In this document: positions 36,962-46,766 of the stretch, one piece after another
How the letters are laid out: each line of letters begins with the position of its first letter
Position numbering within the stretch: the first letter of the stretch is position 1
Source of the DNA: Bacillota bacterium
GTDB lineage: Bacteria > Bacillota > Clostridia > Monoglobales > Firm-18
Length of the DNA: 64,000 nt
Direction of reading: 5' to 3'
Assembly: GCA_023228885.1 (NCBI GenBank)
Contig: JALOAJ010000010.1
Coordinates: forward strand, 1,350 to 65,349
The notes under the pieces: generated by a model
What the model was told of the DNA's origin: nothing
The model's input: only the letters and a program-made list of their open reading frames with translations
Databases searched by the model: none
Program-made: the position numbers and the translations under genes

Positions 36962-37282
36962 AGTTCAATATTTTAAATCCTATGCTTTAACTTTTGAATA
37001 TATTTTTCGACATTATTATTCTGTGAAAGCCACTTTTTTATGTCAGATTCAATGTAACGCCGGTTCCGCACCGACTTATCATTACGATACCTATTTTTTG
37101 ATACAAAGCTGCATCTGAAATCATCACATTTTAAAAGACCGGTATACCGTTTGAAAGGCTTACCGGAAGAAGCTCTGACATTCCTTTTTACCTTGTCCTA
37201 TAAAAGAAATTGTCCCGATTCCAAATTTCCTTTGAAATGATAGCAGGAACAGCATTTTTGAAATTGCTTTCAACCCATAACC
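36962..37282 (-). pseudogene. large serine recombinase remnant (frameshifted, stops)
   Basis: Minus-strand frames give NFKNAVPAIISKEIWNRDNFF and PFKRYTGLLKCDDFRCSFVSKNRYRNDKSVRNRRYIESDIKKWL. These are recombinase-domain and zinc-ribbon-like blocks, in two frames with stops. Confidence 0.4.
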
Positions 37283-37513
37283 TCAAGTTGAAATAGTCTT
37301 GCGGTTATAGCCGTTACGGGAATTACCGCTGTTGTTGCCGGATATATCGTGCTTTTCGTATCTAAGATGTTCATCCATTTCTGCTTTTAATATAGTTTCT
37401 ACCTTGTCAGCAAACAGCGCCTTTATAGCGTTAGTTACATCCTCCTGTGTACGGCAAGTTTTTGCAAGTTCCTCTGCAAGCGAGTGTTGTACTGTGTTTT
37501 TTGTTCTTGACAT
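37283..37513 (-). pseudogene. IS256-family (mutator-type) transposase N-terminal fragment
   Basis: MSRTKNTVQHSLAEELAKTCRTQEDVTNAIKALFADKVETILKAEMDEHLRYEKHDISGNNSGNSRNGYNRKTIST*. This is the conserved EMDEHLGYEK...NSRNGY..KT block. It is truncated after about 76 aa. Confidence 0.75.
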
Positions 37514-37591
37514 GAAAATAACCACCTTTCTATTGGTGATTATTCCTACTTGCACTAACTTTTAGACGGTCTCTGGGGCTTTTTCGGATTT

Positions 37592-38812
37592 TCATTCCAC
37601 CGCAGACATAATATAATCATAAGCCCAATGATGTGGGGCAATGTCTGTAAAACTAATTTTACCTTCGTTTGTAGTGGTTAAACCTGTTACCCTGTTCATA
37701 ATGGCGACAATTTCTGCTCGTGTTAGCCATCCTTCCGGCATAAATGTACCATCAGGGTAGCCGTTTATGTATCCTCTTTGACTTAAAATTGCGATATAAC
37801 CATCAAGGTTTGAATCGAAAATATCACTAAACCCGGACGCATTGCTTGTAGGTAGCAATTGAAGCAATTTTGCTAAAATAATAGAAAAATCTTTTCTTGT
37901 AATTGCCGTGTCCGGCGAAAATGGTTTTTGCACATCAAAAAGGTTAATTTTTTTATCAATGTATGCTACATAATTAGAATGCCATTTATAATTATCCATA
38001 GATACATAATCGCTAATATACGCAATACCATTGTCATAATCGGCAGATATTTTTGCCAGCACCGTCATAGCCTCAGCCCAAGTCATTGGCTCGTCGGGGC
38101 GGAAGGTTCCATCACCATATCCATTAAGATAAGGTCTGGCTAACATCTTATGGGGCTGATGTTTAGGATTATCTACACGAATAACAACAGGGTTGCCTTT
38201 ATAGGATGGCTTTTTTTGAGGCTCGGGGTCTTTTATCCAAAAGGCATATAGCGCAATATCCCCCATTACTGCGGTTTCATCAGTAAATAAATTCCCTTTG
38301 CCGTTTTGCTGGGTATACCATCCTTAGAAAATGTAGCCTTGCCGATTGGGATTCTTAGGAAGTGCAACCGTGCTGCCGTCAGGCAGTTCTGTTTGGGCGT
38401 TGTATATTTTTCCTTCGTTCATAAAGAGGGTGCTGATTATTTCACCGTCTGCCAAAAGCACACACTCAATGCTTGATAGCACATTCATTGGCTCGAAAGA
38501 TATCATTTTTAAAATTGTTATATCGCTTTGTGGTGGGTTCAAGCTGATTATATATTCGTATATCTTTGGGTCAAAACCCTTAAAGCTATCCATATTGTCA
38601 TATAGTTTTTTAAGAAAAACACCTTCTTGCTCATCCCCCAACCACCTCCACCTCGCTATTAGGTCAACGAGTTTATATATAGGAGTGTTGGCATCATATT
38701 TTTCAGATAATTCTACTTCATCACGAGGAATAGACCACCAGCCAAGAAATTCATAGTCAGAACCACCGTCAAGCGCTTTCAATGGCACAGTTTTCCGAAT
38801 GTTACAACTCAA
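37592..38812 (-). pseudogene. 5'-truncated, nonsense-interrupted cell-wall protein gene (GW-type repeat region plus SLH repeats)
   Basis: ORFs 38324..38812 and 37592..38266 are in the same frame, separated by a single TAA (38324-38326) inside a repeat motif: RQGYIF*GWYTQQNG. The upstream part has no signal peptide or RBS, and a stop at 38822-38824 precedes it. The downstream part has SLH repeats (LNGYGDGTFRPDEPMTWAEAMTVLAKI, INGYPDGTFMPEGWLTRAEIVAIMNRV). Confidence 0.75.
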
Positions 38813-38953
38813 AAAAATTATTCATAGCAGAATCAGCAATCATAAATGCTTACAATGTCTTGCATGAACGGCACGCCACGCTTTTTTTGAACACATAGAA
38901 AATATAAAGTTTGCATAAAACCGAATTTAGTGATAAGATAATGCAGCCGAAGC

Positions 38954-38989
38954 CTTAAGCACAGGGGAGTTCACTCCCCTGTGCTTAAG
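38954..38989. repeat. perfect 36-nt palindrome (16-17-bp arms)
   Basis: CTTAAGCACAGGGGAGT TC ACTCCCCTGTGCTTAAG. No flanking U-tract on either strand. It lies about 80 nt upstream of the aldo-keto reductase start. Confidence 0.8.
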
Positions 38990-39067
38990 CAAAGACATTG
39001 CGCAAGGGTTGGGGCTGTAAATTTCATTTAACTTTACAGTACGAAAAATTTAAAACGGAGGGGTTTT

Positions 39068-40060
39068 ATGGTTATACCTAATGAGTCTGGTCGATATACG
39101 GAAATGAAATACAATCGCTGTGGTCGTAGTGGTCTTTTGTTGCCTTCGGTTTCGTTGGGTTTTTGGCACAATTTCGGCAGTGTTGACAAATACGACAACA
39201 TGGTTGAAATGGCAAAAACGGCGTTTGAACTTGGAATAACTCATTTTGACCTTGCCAATAACTATGGCCCTCGCGCCGGTTCCGCTGAGGAAAACCTCGG
39301 CAAAATGCTAAAAAATGAGTTTAAGGGCTGTCGTGACGAATTGGTCATTTCTACAAAGGCAGGGCATTTTATGTGGCATGGTCCTTATGGGGAGTGGGGA
39401 AGCAGAAAATATCTTGTATCCTCTCTTGACGCATCGTTGAAGCGCATGGGTTTGGAGTATGTGGATATATTTTATTCGCATAGGTTTGACCCTGACACAC
39501 CGCTTGAAGAGACAATGGGCGCTTTAGCGCATGTCGTAAAACAGGGCAAGGCCTTGTACGCCGGCATTTCAAATTATACCGCCGAACAGACGAAAAAAGC
39601 GTCGGATATATTAAAAACGCTTGGAGTTCCATGCCTTATTCACCAACCATCATACAGCATGTTTAACCGATGGATTGAAAACGGGCTTACAGACACATTG
39701 AAGGAAGAAGGAATAGGCGCGATTGCATTTTCCCCCCTTGCACAGGGTCTTTTAACCGATAAATATTTAAACGGCATTCCAACGGGCTCGCGGGCGGACA
39801 AAACTGTTGGATTTTTGAAAAAAGAGCATATAACGCCCGAAAAGGTTGCCAAGGCGGCTAAGCTTAATCAAATAGCGAGCAAGAGAAACCAAACGCTTGC
39901 GCAAATGGCATTGGCGTGGGTTATGAGGAACAGCAACATAACCAGCGTACTAATCGGCGCAAGCAGCCCCGCTCAAATAAAGGAGAATGCCGCGGCTATG
40001 AACAACACGGTGTTTACCGAAAAAGAGCTGTGTGACATTGACGCTATTCTTGCCGACTGA
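39068..40060 (+). CDS. aldo-keto reductase, YghZ/Gpr-like (AKR14-type)
   Basis: RBS GGAGGGG. The N-terminus MVIPNESGRYTEMKYNRCGRSGLLLPSVSLGFWHNFG closely follows the YghZ-type start. It has a GITHFDLANNYG block and is 330 aa long. Confidence 0.9.
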   Translation: MVIPNESGRYTEMKYNRCGRSGLLLPSVSLGFWHNFGSVDKYDNMVEMAKTAFELGITHFDLANNYGPRAGSAEENLGKMLKNEFKGCRDELVISTKAGHFMWHGPYGEWGSRKYLVSSLDASLKRMGLEYVDIFYSHRFDPDTPLEETMGALAHVVKQGKALYAGISNYTAEQTKKASDILKTLGVPCLIHQPSYSMFNRWIENGLTDTLKEEGIGAIAFSPLAQGLLTDKYLNGIPTGSRADKTVGFLKKEHITPEKVAKAAKLNQIASKRNQTLAQMALAWVMRNSNITSVLIGASSPAQIKENAAAMNNTVFTEKELCDIDAILAD

Positions 40061-40084
40061 TAGCGCTTGGCGTTGGATGTTTTT

Positions 40085-41500
40085 TTACTCGTTGGAGTTG
40101 GGGCGTTGGGAAGTGTTTATCATCCAATTCAAAATTGAATCCTTCAGACTGTTCTCCAACGCCGAACAATGCGCAAGCCCCGACAGGTTTTGTTTTTCCT
40201 CGGGGTCATCGGATAAATCAAAAAGCTGCGGGGTGTCCCATGAGGGGTGATAAACATATTTCCAATTATCACGCCTTAGCATTTTCATGCAATCCATTTC
40301 GCTGAACACATCACCATGCTCGTATGGGGTTTGACCCTCCAATAATGGGATAAGGCTTTTACCGTGCATTACGGGCAACGGCTGCGCCCCTGCAAGCTCA
40401 AGTATGGTAGGCGTTAAATCAAGCAAAGAAACGGGGTGGTTAACCTTGACATTCTTTATAAAGTTCGACGGCCACCTTATAATGAGAGGAACGCCCACCG
40501 ATGCCTCATACATACAGCTTTTGCGTATAAGCCCATGGTCGTAAAGCATTTCGCCGTGGTCGGAAGCATATATAATAATAGTGTTTTCCAAAAGGTTTTT
40601 TTCTTTCAGAGCGCATAAAATATCCTTTATGGAGTCGTCTATAACGTTTATAAGGCTGTAATACCTTGCTTTAACAGCTTGCCACGCATTTGCGGGGGCG
40701 CTTCCCGTATCCTTTATTTTTCGCTCAATAAGAGGGGTGGGAGCGTTTTCCATAAAGTCGTCAATAGGCGTGTCGGGAGTGCATTCGCTATACATTTTCA
40801 GATAACGGAGCGGGGGGTCAAATGGTTCGTGGGGACCTCCCCAGTTACACCAGCAAAAGAAAGGCTTATCATCCGAATATTCCTTTATCCAGTTTGCTGC
40901 TTGGTTCCCAATGAAAAAATCGCCGAAATCCTCCTCCGGGAGAACGGACGGGGAATCTTCCCAACATTCGTTGCCCCCTTCCGTCGGATGATGTTTTTCC
41001 ATACGCTTGTTATAATCATCTCTAAGAATATCCATAAGTCCTTTTTTTTCAAGATATTGCTGATAGGGATTTTCCGCTATGGTCAGTCTGGCATCGGACC
41101 ATTTGCCTGCCTGGGAGAGTGTGTCGGTAAAACCCATGTCGCTTAGCCACTTATCACATTCCGCGCTTCCGCCGGGGGCGTGTTGACCCAAATGGGTTTT
41201 ACCTATCATGCATGTGCGGTAACCCGCTTCGTTTAGTTGTTTAACAAAAGTAGGCTCGCCCTCGGGCAGCCTTCCTTTATTTACAAGTATCCCGGTGTTA
41301 TGACCGAAACGCCCCGTAAATATGGCGGTGCGGCTCGGTATGCACAGGGGTGTGGGGCAGTAGGCATTTGAAAACATCACGCCGTCTTCCGCCAACAAAT
41401 CCATGGAAGGAGTTTTAACAATTGGATGCCCCGCGCATGACATGGCATCTTTTCTGTGTTGGTCGGAAAATAAAAAAAGTATGTTCGGTCGTTTTGACAA
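40085..41500 (-). CDS. Cys-type sulfatase (formylglycine-dependent)
   Basis: PNILFLFSDQHR metal-binding start and the CxPxR signature C-I-P-S-R in PLCIPSRTAIFTGR (41330-41344). The TTG start at 41500 is preferred (RBS AAAGGAG 8 nt upstream); the track start is 41518. No signal peptide, so it is probably cytoplasmic. Confidence 0.9.
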   Translation of the reverse strand: MSKRPNILFLFSDQHRKDAMSCAGHPIVKTPSMDLLAEDGVMFSNAYCPTPLCIPSRTAIFTGRFGHNTGILVNKGRLPEGEPTFVKQLNEAGYRTCMIGKTHLGQHAPGGSAECDKWLSDMGFTDTLSQAGKWSDARLTIAENPYQQYLEKKGLMDILRDDYNKRMEKHHPTEGGNECWEDSPSVLPEEDFGDFFIGNQAANWIKEYSDDKPFFCWCNWGGPHEPFDPPLRYLKMYSECTPDTPIDDFMENAPTPLIERKIKDTGSAPANAWQAVKARYYSLINVIDDSIKDILCALKEKNLLENTIIIYASDHGEMLYDHGLIRKSCMYEASVGVPLIIRWPSNFIKNVKVNHPVSLLDLTPTILELAGAQPLPVMHGKSLIPLLEGQTPYEHGDVFSEMDCMKMLRRDNWKYVYHPSWDTPQLFDLSDDPEEKQNLSGLAHCSALENSLKDSILNWMINTSQRPNSNE

Positions 41501-41532
41501 ATTAACTTCTCCTTTCAAAAACGCAGTTTATT

Positions 41533-43038
41533 TTAAGCATTGACGGGTTTAAGACCTTGGTAGTCATCCGTATAATCAGTAAGCTTTGTAACTTCAATTA
41601 GCTGAATTCCATTTGCCGGCAGGGTGGTGAAAACTTTGGCTTTGCCCTCGTCTGATTTTAGCCTATACACATCAACTGAGGGGTATTGCGCCCTTTTAAC
41701 AATCTCCATAACATCCCTTTTGGGATACCGCGGCCTTCCCAGCGTTTTCCATACTTCGTAGGCGTTTCCGTTTTTTTCATCAACCTTTTGAACCGAAACA
41801 ATTACCTCATCAAATTTGCAGGGTATTTCAATTTTTGCATTTATATCCTTGCCCTGCCCTGCAACGGGGTTGAACAGCAGCATGCTTATGTTGCCGAAAT
41901 TATCGATTGTTACACAGCATATATCGTCCAAACGGAGGATGTTTTCTTTAAGCCTGTTGGCAAAGGCGAATGCGTGAAACACAGGCTTGCGTATGCCGTT
42001 TTCAGTCAAAAGCCCGAATCCTCCGTGAAACAGTGCGCGGGGAATGTCCGCCTCTTCAAAAACATCGCTGAAAACCCAATATGAATACGAATTTGCCAAG
42101 TCATCGGCATGCGTTAGTATATATGCCACATATGCGGCGTTGAAGGCGGTGTCATGAATAGGGTCAATACAGCTGTACGAGGTGTTCCATTCCGTTATAT
42201 GCAGCGGAAATTCGTTCTTTTCGGCAATGTCTGAAATTTGTTTAAATTTTTCTACCGCGTCGGAAGGGGGAACATGCTCCATGTAGCAGAATTCACCTTC
42301 AAAACGCCTGTCATATCCGGTATACACATGATGGCTTATAAAATCAGGTCTTATATTTTGCGATGCGCAAAACTCAATAAATCTGGAAACCCAATCTACT
42401 CCTTGCCCCTGTGTTGCAGGGCCTCCGACTTTAAGGTCGGGGCATATGCTTTTCACCGCTTCTGCCGTTGCCTTATAAAGCTTGTGGTATTCTTCCTCTC
42501 TATTGCCGGAAACAGGCTGCCAAAAATCGACACACGGTTCGTTCCACACCTCAAAATACCACTTTTTTACTTCATCGATGCCGTAATAATCGGCGGCAGT
42601 TTGCAGGAAGTTTTTTATAAGCTTAACCCATAAAGAGATATTTTTTGGTTCGGTAACATTACCCTTCCACCAAAAGATGGTTTTATCTCCCGCTGCCATC
42701 TGCTCCGGCATAAACCCAAACTCCACAAACGGCTTTATCCCCACAGAAAGCAAATTATCAATAATTTTTAAGATGTTTTTAAAATTAAATAAAGGTCTTT
42801 CAAGTGTGACAACGGGCGTGGCGCCGACCTTTATTTCCTCTCTGTACACACCCGTATCATCATGAAAGATGCCGTGCCCCCTTATGTATTCAAAGCCGAT
42901 TTCCCTTTGCACCTTTGCAAGGTTTTCCATATAATCTTGGCGCAGAGCAAGAGACAGCCTGCCCGACCCTATACATTTTTTAAAGTTTTTGTTATACTTT
43001 TTTATTATTTCGGTGCTGACAGCAATTTTAATCTGCAT
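41533..43038 (-). CDS. GH39 glycoside hydrolase (beta-xylosidase XynB-like)
   Basis: N-terminus CIGSGRLSLALRQDYMENLAKVQREIGFEYIRGHGIFHDD, acid/base motif YFEVWNEP and nucleophile motif LHITEWNTSY. These closely follow bacterial GH39 XynB. RBS AAGGGGG. Confidence 0.9.
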   Translation of the reverse strand: MQIKIAVSTEIIKKYNKNFKKCIGSGRLSLALRQDYMENLAKVQREIGFEYIRGHGIFHDDTGVYREEIKVGATPVVTLERPLFNFKNILKIIDNLLSVGIKPFVEFGFMPEQMAAGDKTIFWWKGNVTEPKNISLWVKLIKNFLQTAADYYGIDEVKKWYFEVWNEPCVDFWQPVSGNREEEYHKLYKATAEAVKSICPDLKVGGPATQGQGVDWVSRFIEFCASQNIRPDFISHHVYTGYDRRFEGEFCYMEHVPPSDAVEKFKQISDIAEKNEFPLHITEWNTSYSCIDPIHDTAFNAAYVAYILTHADDLANSYSYWVFSDVFEEADIPRALFHGGFGLLTENGIRKPVFHAFAFANRLKENILRLDDICCVTIDNFGNISMLLFNPVAGQGKDINAKIEIPCKFDEVIVSVQKVDEKNGNAYEVWKTLGRPRYPKRDVMEIVKRAQYPSVDVYRLKSDEGKAKVFTTLPANGIQLIEVTKLTDYTDDYQGLKPVNA

Positions 43039-43261
43039 ACGATTGCCCCCTTAATTTATACACTTATTATAACAATGGATAAGTATATGTCAATAAAAAC
43101 AGGGGTTAATGTTTCGCAAAAGGCAGAAAAGTTAAAATAGGTGCTTAAAGTTATAATAATACAGTATACCAACGAAGCGCTGCGCTGATATACTGTTTTT
43201 AGGCATAAAAGGGTTGAAACGGTATGCTTGACAACAGTTTAAAAGGAGGCGTCTTTACGGG

Positions 43262-44221
43262 ATGACAAGTGCGAAACCAAAGCTTGGAAAAGACAGGGCG
43301 AAGCTTAAAACGAACAGAAGGTTTGCAAGTTTTAAAAGCAATGCCGAGTTTTTTTTGTTATGTCTGCCCGGGCTGCTTTATTTTTTTGTATTCCATTACT
43401 TGCCCATGGGTGGTATATTAATAGCTTTTAAAGAATACAACTACAAACTTGGCATATTCGGGAGCAAGTGGATAGGGCTTAAAAATTTTGAATTTTTCTT
43501 TTTATCGCAAGATGCTTGGCGCATTACAAGAAATACGGTGGGATACAGCTTTTTGTTTATGCTCACAGGCATGTTTTCGGCTGTTTTAGTTGCCTTGCTG
43601 CTAAACGAGCTAAAAAATAAAAGCCTTATAAAGTATTATCAAACCACCATGATATTGCCGCATTTTTTATCGTGGGTTATTGTGGCGTTTATAACGTTTA
43701 TAATGCTAAACCCTGCTTACGGCGTGCTAAATAAGGCGCTTATATCACTTGGCTTTGAGGAAAGGCAATGGTATTCCGAGTTCAAGTATTGGCCGCCCAT
43801 ACTTACAATATCAAATGTTTGGAAGCATGTTGGAATGAGCAGCGTGATTTACTATTCGTCTTTGATGGGGGCAGACAAAGAAATGTATGAGGCAGCGACG
43901 ATTGACGGCGCGGGGCGTTTCAAACAGGCAATATACATATCAATACCGTTTTTAGTGCCTATTATGACAATCATGCTTATTTTAAACCTTGGTAACGTGT
44001 TTCGGGGCGATTTTGGTTTGTTTTATCAGGTTCCGCGTGATATAGGGGCTTTGTACCCCGCAACGGATATAATAGATACATATGTTTATAGAGGGCTGTT
44101 TTCAGGCAGTATCGGCATGGCATCGGCGGTTGGGTTTTTCCAATCGTTCATAGGGCTTTTTATGGTGGCGGTCAGCAACCAGATAATAAGAAAAATTAAC
44201 CCGGAAAATAGCTTGTATTAA
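43262..44221 (+). CDS. carbohydrate ABC transporter permease (LplB/YteP-like)
   Basis: Multi-TM, motif EAATIDGAGRFKQAIYISIPFLVP. Paralog of 13229..14188. Confidence 0.9.
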   Translation: MTSAKPKLGKDRAKLKTNRRFASFKSNAEFFLLCLPGLLYFFVFHYLPMGGILIAFKEYNYKLGIFGSKWIGLKNFEFFFLSQDAWRITRNTVGYSFLFMLTGMFSAVLVALLLNELKNKSLIKYYQTTMILPHFLSWVIVAFITFIMLNPAYGVLNKALISLGFEERQWYSEFKYWPPILTISNVWKHVGMSSVIYYSSLMGADKEMYEAATIDGAGRFKQAIYISIPFLVPIMTIMLILNLGNVFRGDFGLFYQVPRDIGALYPATDIIDTYVYRGLFSGSIGMASAVGFFQSFIGLFMVAVSNQIIRKINPENSLY

Positions 44222-44238
44222 ACTGGAGGGCAAAAAAG

Positions 44239-45135
44239 GTGACGAAAAGAAAAATTAAGATAGATTATAGAATTGGGATTCATTTGTTTTTCATAATTTT
44301 CAGCTTGGCGTTTATTATACCTTTTATATATGTGTTGTCAATATCCTTTTCAAACGATATGGATATAAAGCAATACGGCTATCAGTTCATTCCCAAAACT
44401 TTTGATTTGGGAGCGTATACATATGTTTTCCAAAACCCCGAGCAACTGCTGAGCTCATACAAAATAACCACTTTCACATCGCTGGTTGGAACCTTTTGCA
44501 GCGTGATGATAATGGCGCTAATGGCGTACCCGCTCTCGCGCAGTAATTTTACATATCGAAAACAGGTTTCATTTTTTGTTTTTTTCACGATGATATTCGG
44601 CGGGGGCTTGATTCCCTCATACATACTTATAACAAAGTATTTAAGGCTTGGAAACACCGTGTGGATATATTTGTTTGCGGGGCTTGCAAATGCATGGCAC
44701 ATAATTATAATGAGAACATTTTTTCAAAGTTTGCCCTCGGCGCTTGTTGAATCGGCAAAAATGGATGGGGCGGGTGAGCTAAAAATTTTATTCCGCATCA
44801 TTATGCCCCTGTCTAAGCCCGTTATAGCGACAATTTCGCTTTTTATCCTGTTGCAAAGGTGGAACGATTGGGCTACGGCGCTTGTATACATAAACAATAA
44901 GCGTCTTTACACCCTTCAATTTCTTTTGCAAAGAATACTGCGCGAGGCGGAGTTTATTAACACAATGATGAACGAGGGGATGGATAACCACCTTGTGGGA
45001 GGCATGATAAATATACCGACAGAAAGCATAAGGTTTGCAATGTGCGTTGTGGCTGCCGGTCCAATGCTTATCATTTTCCCATTCTTTCAAAAATACTTTG
45101 TCAAAGGGCTTACCATCGGCTCGGTCAAGGGCTAA
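44239..45135 (+). CDS. carbohydrate ABC transporter permease (LplC/YtcP-like)
   Basis: GTG start after a GGAGGG RBS, motif ESAKMDGAGELKILFRIIMPLSKP. Paralog of 12332..13213. Confidence 0.9.
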   Translation: MTKRKIKIDYRIGIHLFFIIFSLAFIIPFIYVLSISFSNDMDIKQYGYQFIPKTFDLGAYTYVFQNPEQLLSSYKITTFTSLVGTFCSVMIMALMAYPLSRSNFTYRKQVSFFVFFTMIFGGGLIPSYILITKYLRLGNTVWIYLFAGLANAWHIIIMRTFFQSLPSALVESAKMDGAGELKILFRIIMPLSKPVIATISLFILLQRWNDWATALVYINNKRLYTLQFLLQRILREAEFINTMMNEGMDNHLVGGMINIPTESIRFAMCVVAAGPMLIIFPFFQKYFVKGLTIGSVKG

Positions 45136-45185
45136 CCCATTGTGAACTTACCATGATTTAGCGGCATTTGAAGGGGCTTGATGCC

Positions 45186-45214
45186 TTGACAATGCCCATG
45201 CTATCGTGTACTAT
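45186..45214 (+). promoter_or_regulatory. candidate sigma-A promoter for the two-component genes
   Basis: TTGACA (45186-45191), a 17-nt spacer, then TACTAT (45209-45214), 32 nt upstream of the ATG at 45246. Confidence 0.45.
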
Positions 45215-45245
45215 TAAATTATGAAAAATAAGCGGCGGTGGCAAA

Positions 45246-46766
45246 ATGTTTAAAGTGATTGTGGTTGACGATGAGTTTAATATCAGAGAAGGAATTAAAA
45301 AATTTATCGAGACAAATCTCACCGGATTTGAGGTAACCCACACGGCATCCGACGGGCGCGGTGCGATTGACATTTTAAAAAAAGAGCATGTCGATGTTGT
45401 TATTACCGACATAAAAATGTCGAGCCTATCCGGGCTTGATGTAGCCCGCTACATAAAGCAAAACGGTCTTAGCAGTAAAATTGTTCTTATAAGCGGTTAT
45501 AAGGATTTTGAATATGCTCAAAAGGCAATTGAATATAATGTAGAGCATTATTTATTAAAGCCGACCGATTTTAAACAAATGAAAAGTGTGCTGTGTGCTG
45601 TCCGTGAACAGCTTGAAAATGAAAGACACAGCTTTGATGAGAAAGAGCGTAACCGCAAGCTGCTTTCTTTTTTTCGCAGCGAGTTTTTTATAGGGCTTGC
45701 CATGAATGCGTTTAAAAGCAAAGAGGAAATTAGAAACCGTATGCAGTTTTTGGACTTGAACGTCGACCCTGAACAGGCTAATTGTGCGGTTATAGATATA
45801 AAAATTGAAGATTACGACGAATTTCTTGCGGCGTGGGGCAGAGGCAAGGAAGGGCTAAACAATGCAATTTGGAACATAATAAATTGCGCCGACAGCAGGT
45901 GGCTGTTTTACCCTATTTTAATTTTAGACAATACGATAAAAACAATATGCCTTTTTGCGGATAAAGAGCAAATAAATTTTTACAAAGAACTATGCACAAT
46001 TTTGGAGGAAATAAAGAGCAACCTTTTTGATTATTTTTCAATGCAGGTAAACTATACGGTTTTAAAAACTTTTAAGGGCATTTATGAGCTGGCGGGCGCG
46101 GTTGCCTACCCCAAAGATGGCGATGCCAACGGCGAAAAACTAAAACTGCTTCGCGCATATATGCTTTCGGGCGATGGTGAAAAGGCGCTTAACCTTTTTA
46201 GCGCATTCTTTGAACAAATGCGGCAAAGCGATGCGGATAATTTAAAAGCTAATTTGCTGAAATGGTTTGAGCTTCTTTTAAAAGGAGTGTTTGCCGCACC
46301 CGAACCGGCAGAGGTTGGAATTGGGCTGCGGAAAATCTCGGATTCTGAAGGCTATTCCGAAATGAGGAAACAGGCAGAGGAGCTTATTTCAGACATTTGC
46401 ATGATGGCAGGCGAAAAGGACAACCAGGTTGAGTCGGTCATACGCCAGGCAAAGAACTTTATAGATGAAAATTATATGAGAGACATATCCCTTGATGATG
46501 TAGCTAACACGGTATATCTATCGCCGATATATTTTAGCCGATTTTTCAAAACGCACACCGGCGAAACTTTTACCGACTATCTTATAGGCGTAAGGATGAA
46601 GCATGCAATAGAGCTGCTTTCTAACACAGATTACACCATAAATGAAATAAGCGTCAGAGTTGGATATAACAGCAGATATTTTAACCGTATTTTTAAAAAA
46701 TACACCGGCTTTACCCCGCGGGAATACTGCCGCAAGGTTCTTTTTTGGGGGGCTGATAAACTTTGA
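45246..46766 (+). CDS. response regulator with AraC-type output domain (YesN-like)
   Basis: Receiver domain MFKVIVVDDE...VVITDIKMSSLSGLD...LLKP. C-terminal AraC HTH SPIYFSRFFKTHTGETFTDYL...GYNSRYFNRIFKKYTGFTPREY. Confidence 0.9.
   Translation: MFKVIVVDDEFNIREGIKKFIETNLTGFEVTHTASDGRGAIDILKKEHVDVVITDIKMSSLSGLDVARYIKQNGLSSKIVLISGYKDFEYAQKAIEYNVEHYLLKPTDFKQMKSVLCAVREQLENERHSFDEKERNRKLLSFFRSEFFIGLAMNAFKSKEEIRNRMQFLDLNVDPEQANCAVIDIKIEDYDEFLAAWGRGKEGLNNAIWNIINCADSRWLFYPILILDNTIKTICLFADKEQINFYKELCTILEEIKSNLFDYFSMQVNYTVLKTFKGIYELAGAVAYPKDGDANGEKLKLLRAYMLSGDGEKALNLFSAFFEQMRQSDADNLKANLLKWFELLLKGVFAAPEPAEVGIGLRKISDSEGYSEMRKQAEELISDICMMAGEKDNQVESVIRQAKNFIDENYMRDISLDDVANTVYLSPIYFSRFFKTHTGETFTDYLIGVRMKHAIELLSNTDYTINEISVRVGYNSRYFNRIFKKYTGFTPREYCRKVLFWGADKL

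Noticed and set aside
43162-43200. Hairpin-plus-T-run in the GH39/permease divergent intergenic region, a possible leader attenuator
   Set aside because: Only a 7-bp AT-rich outer stem (CAGTATA/TATACTG) can form. The inner GCGC palindrome has a 1-nt loop and cannot fold, so it is too weak to call.
43228-43233. TTGACA hexamer upstream of the permease gene
   Set aside because: It lies only 29 nt before the start codon, has no -10 element at 16-18 nt, and overlaps the RBS region.
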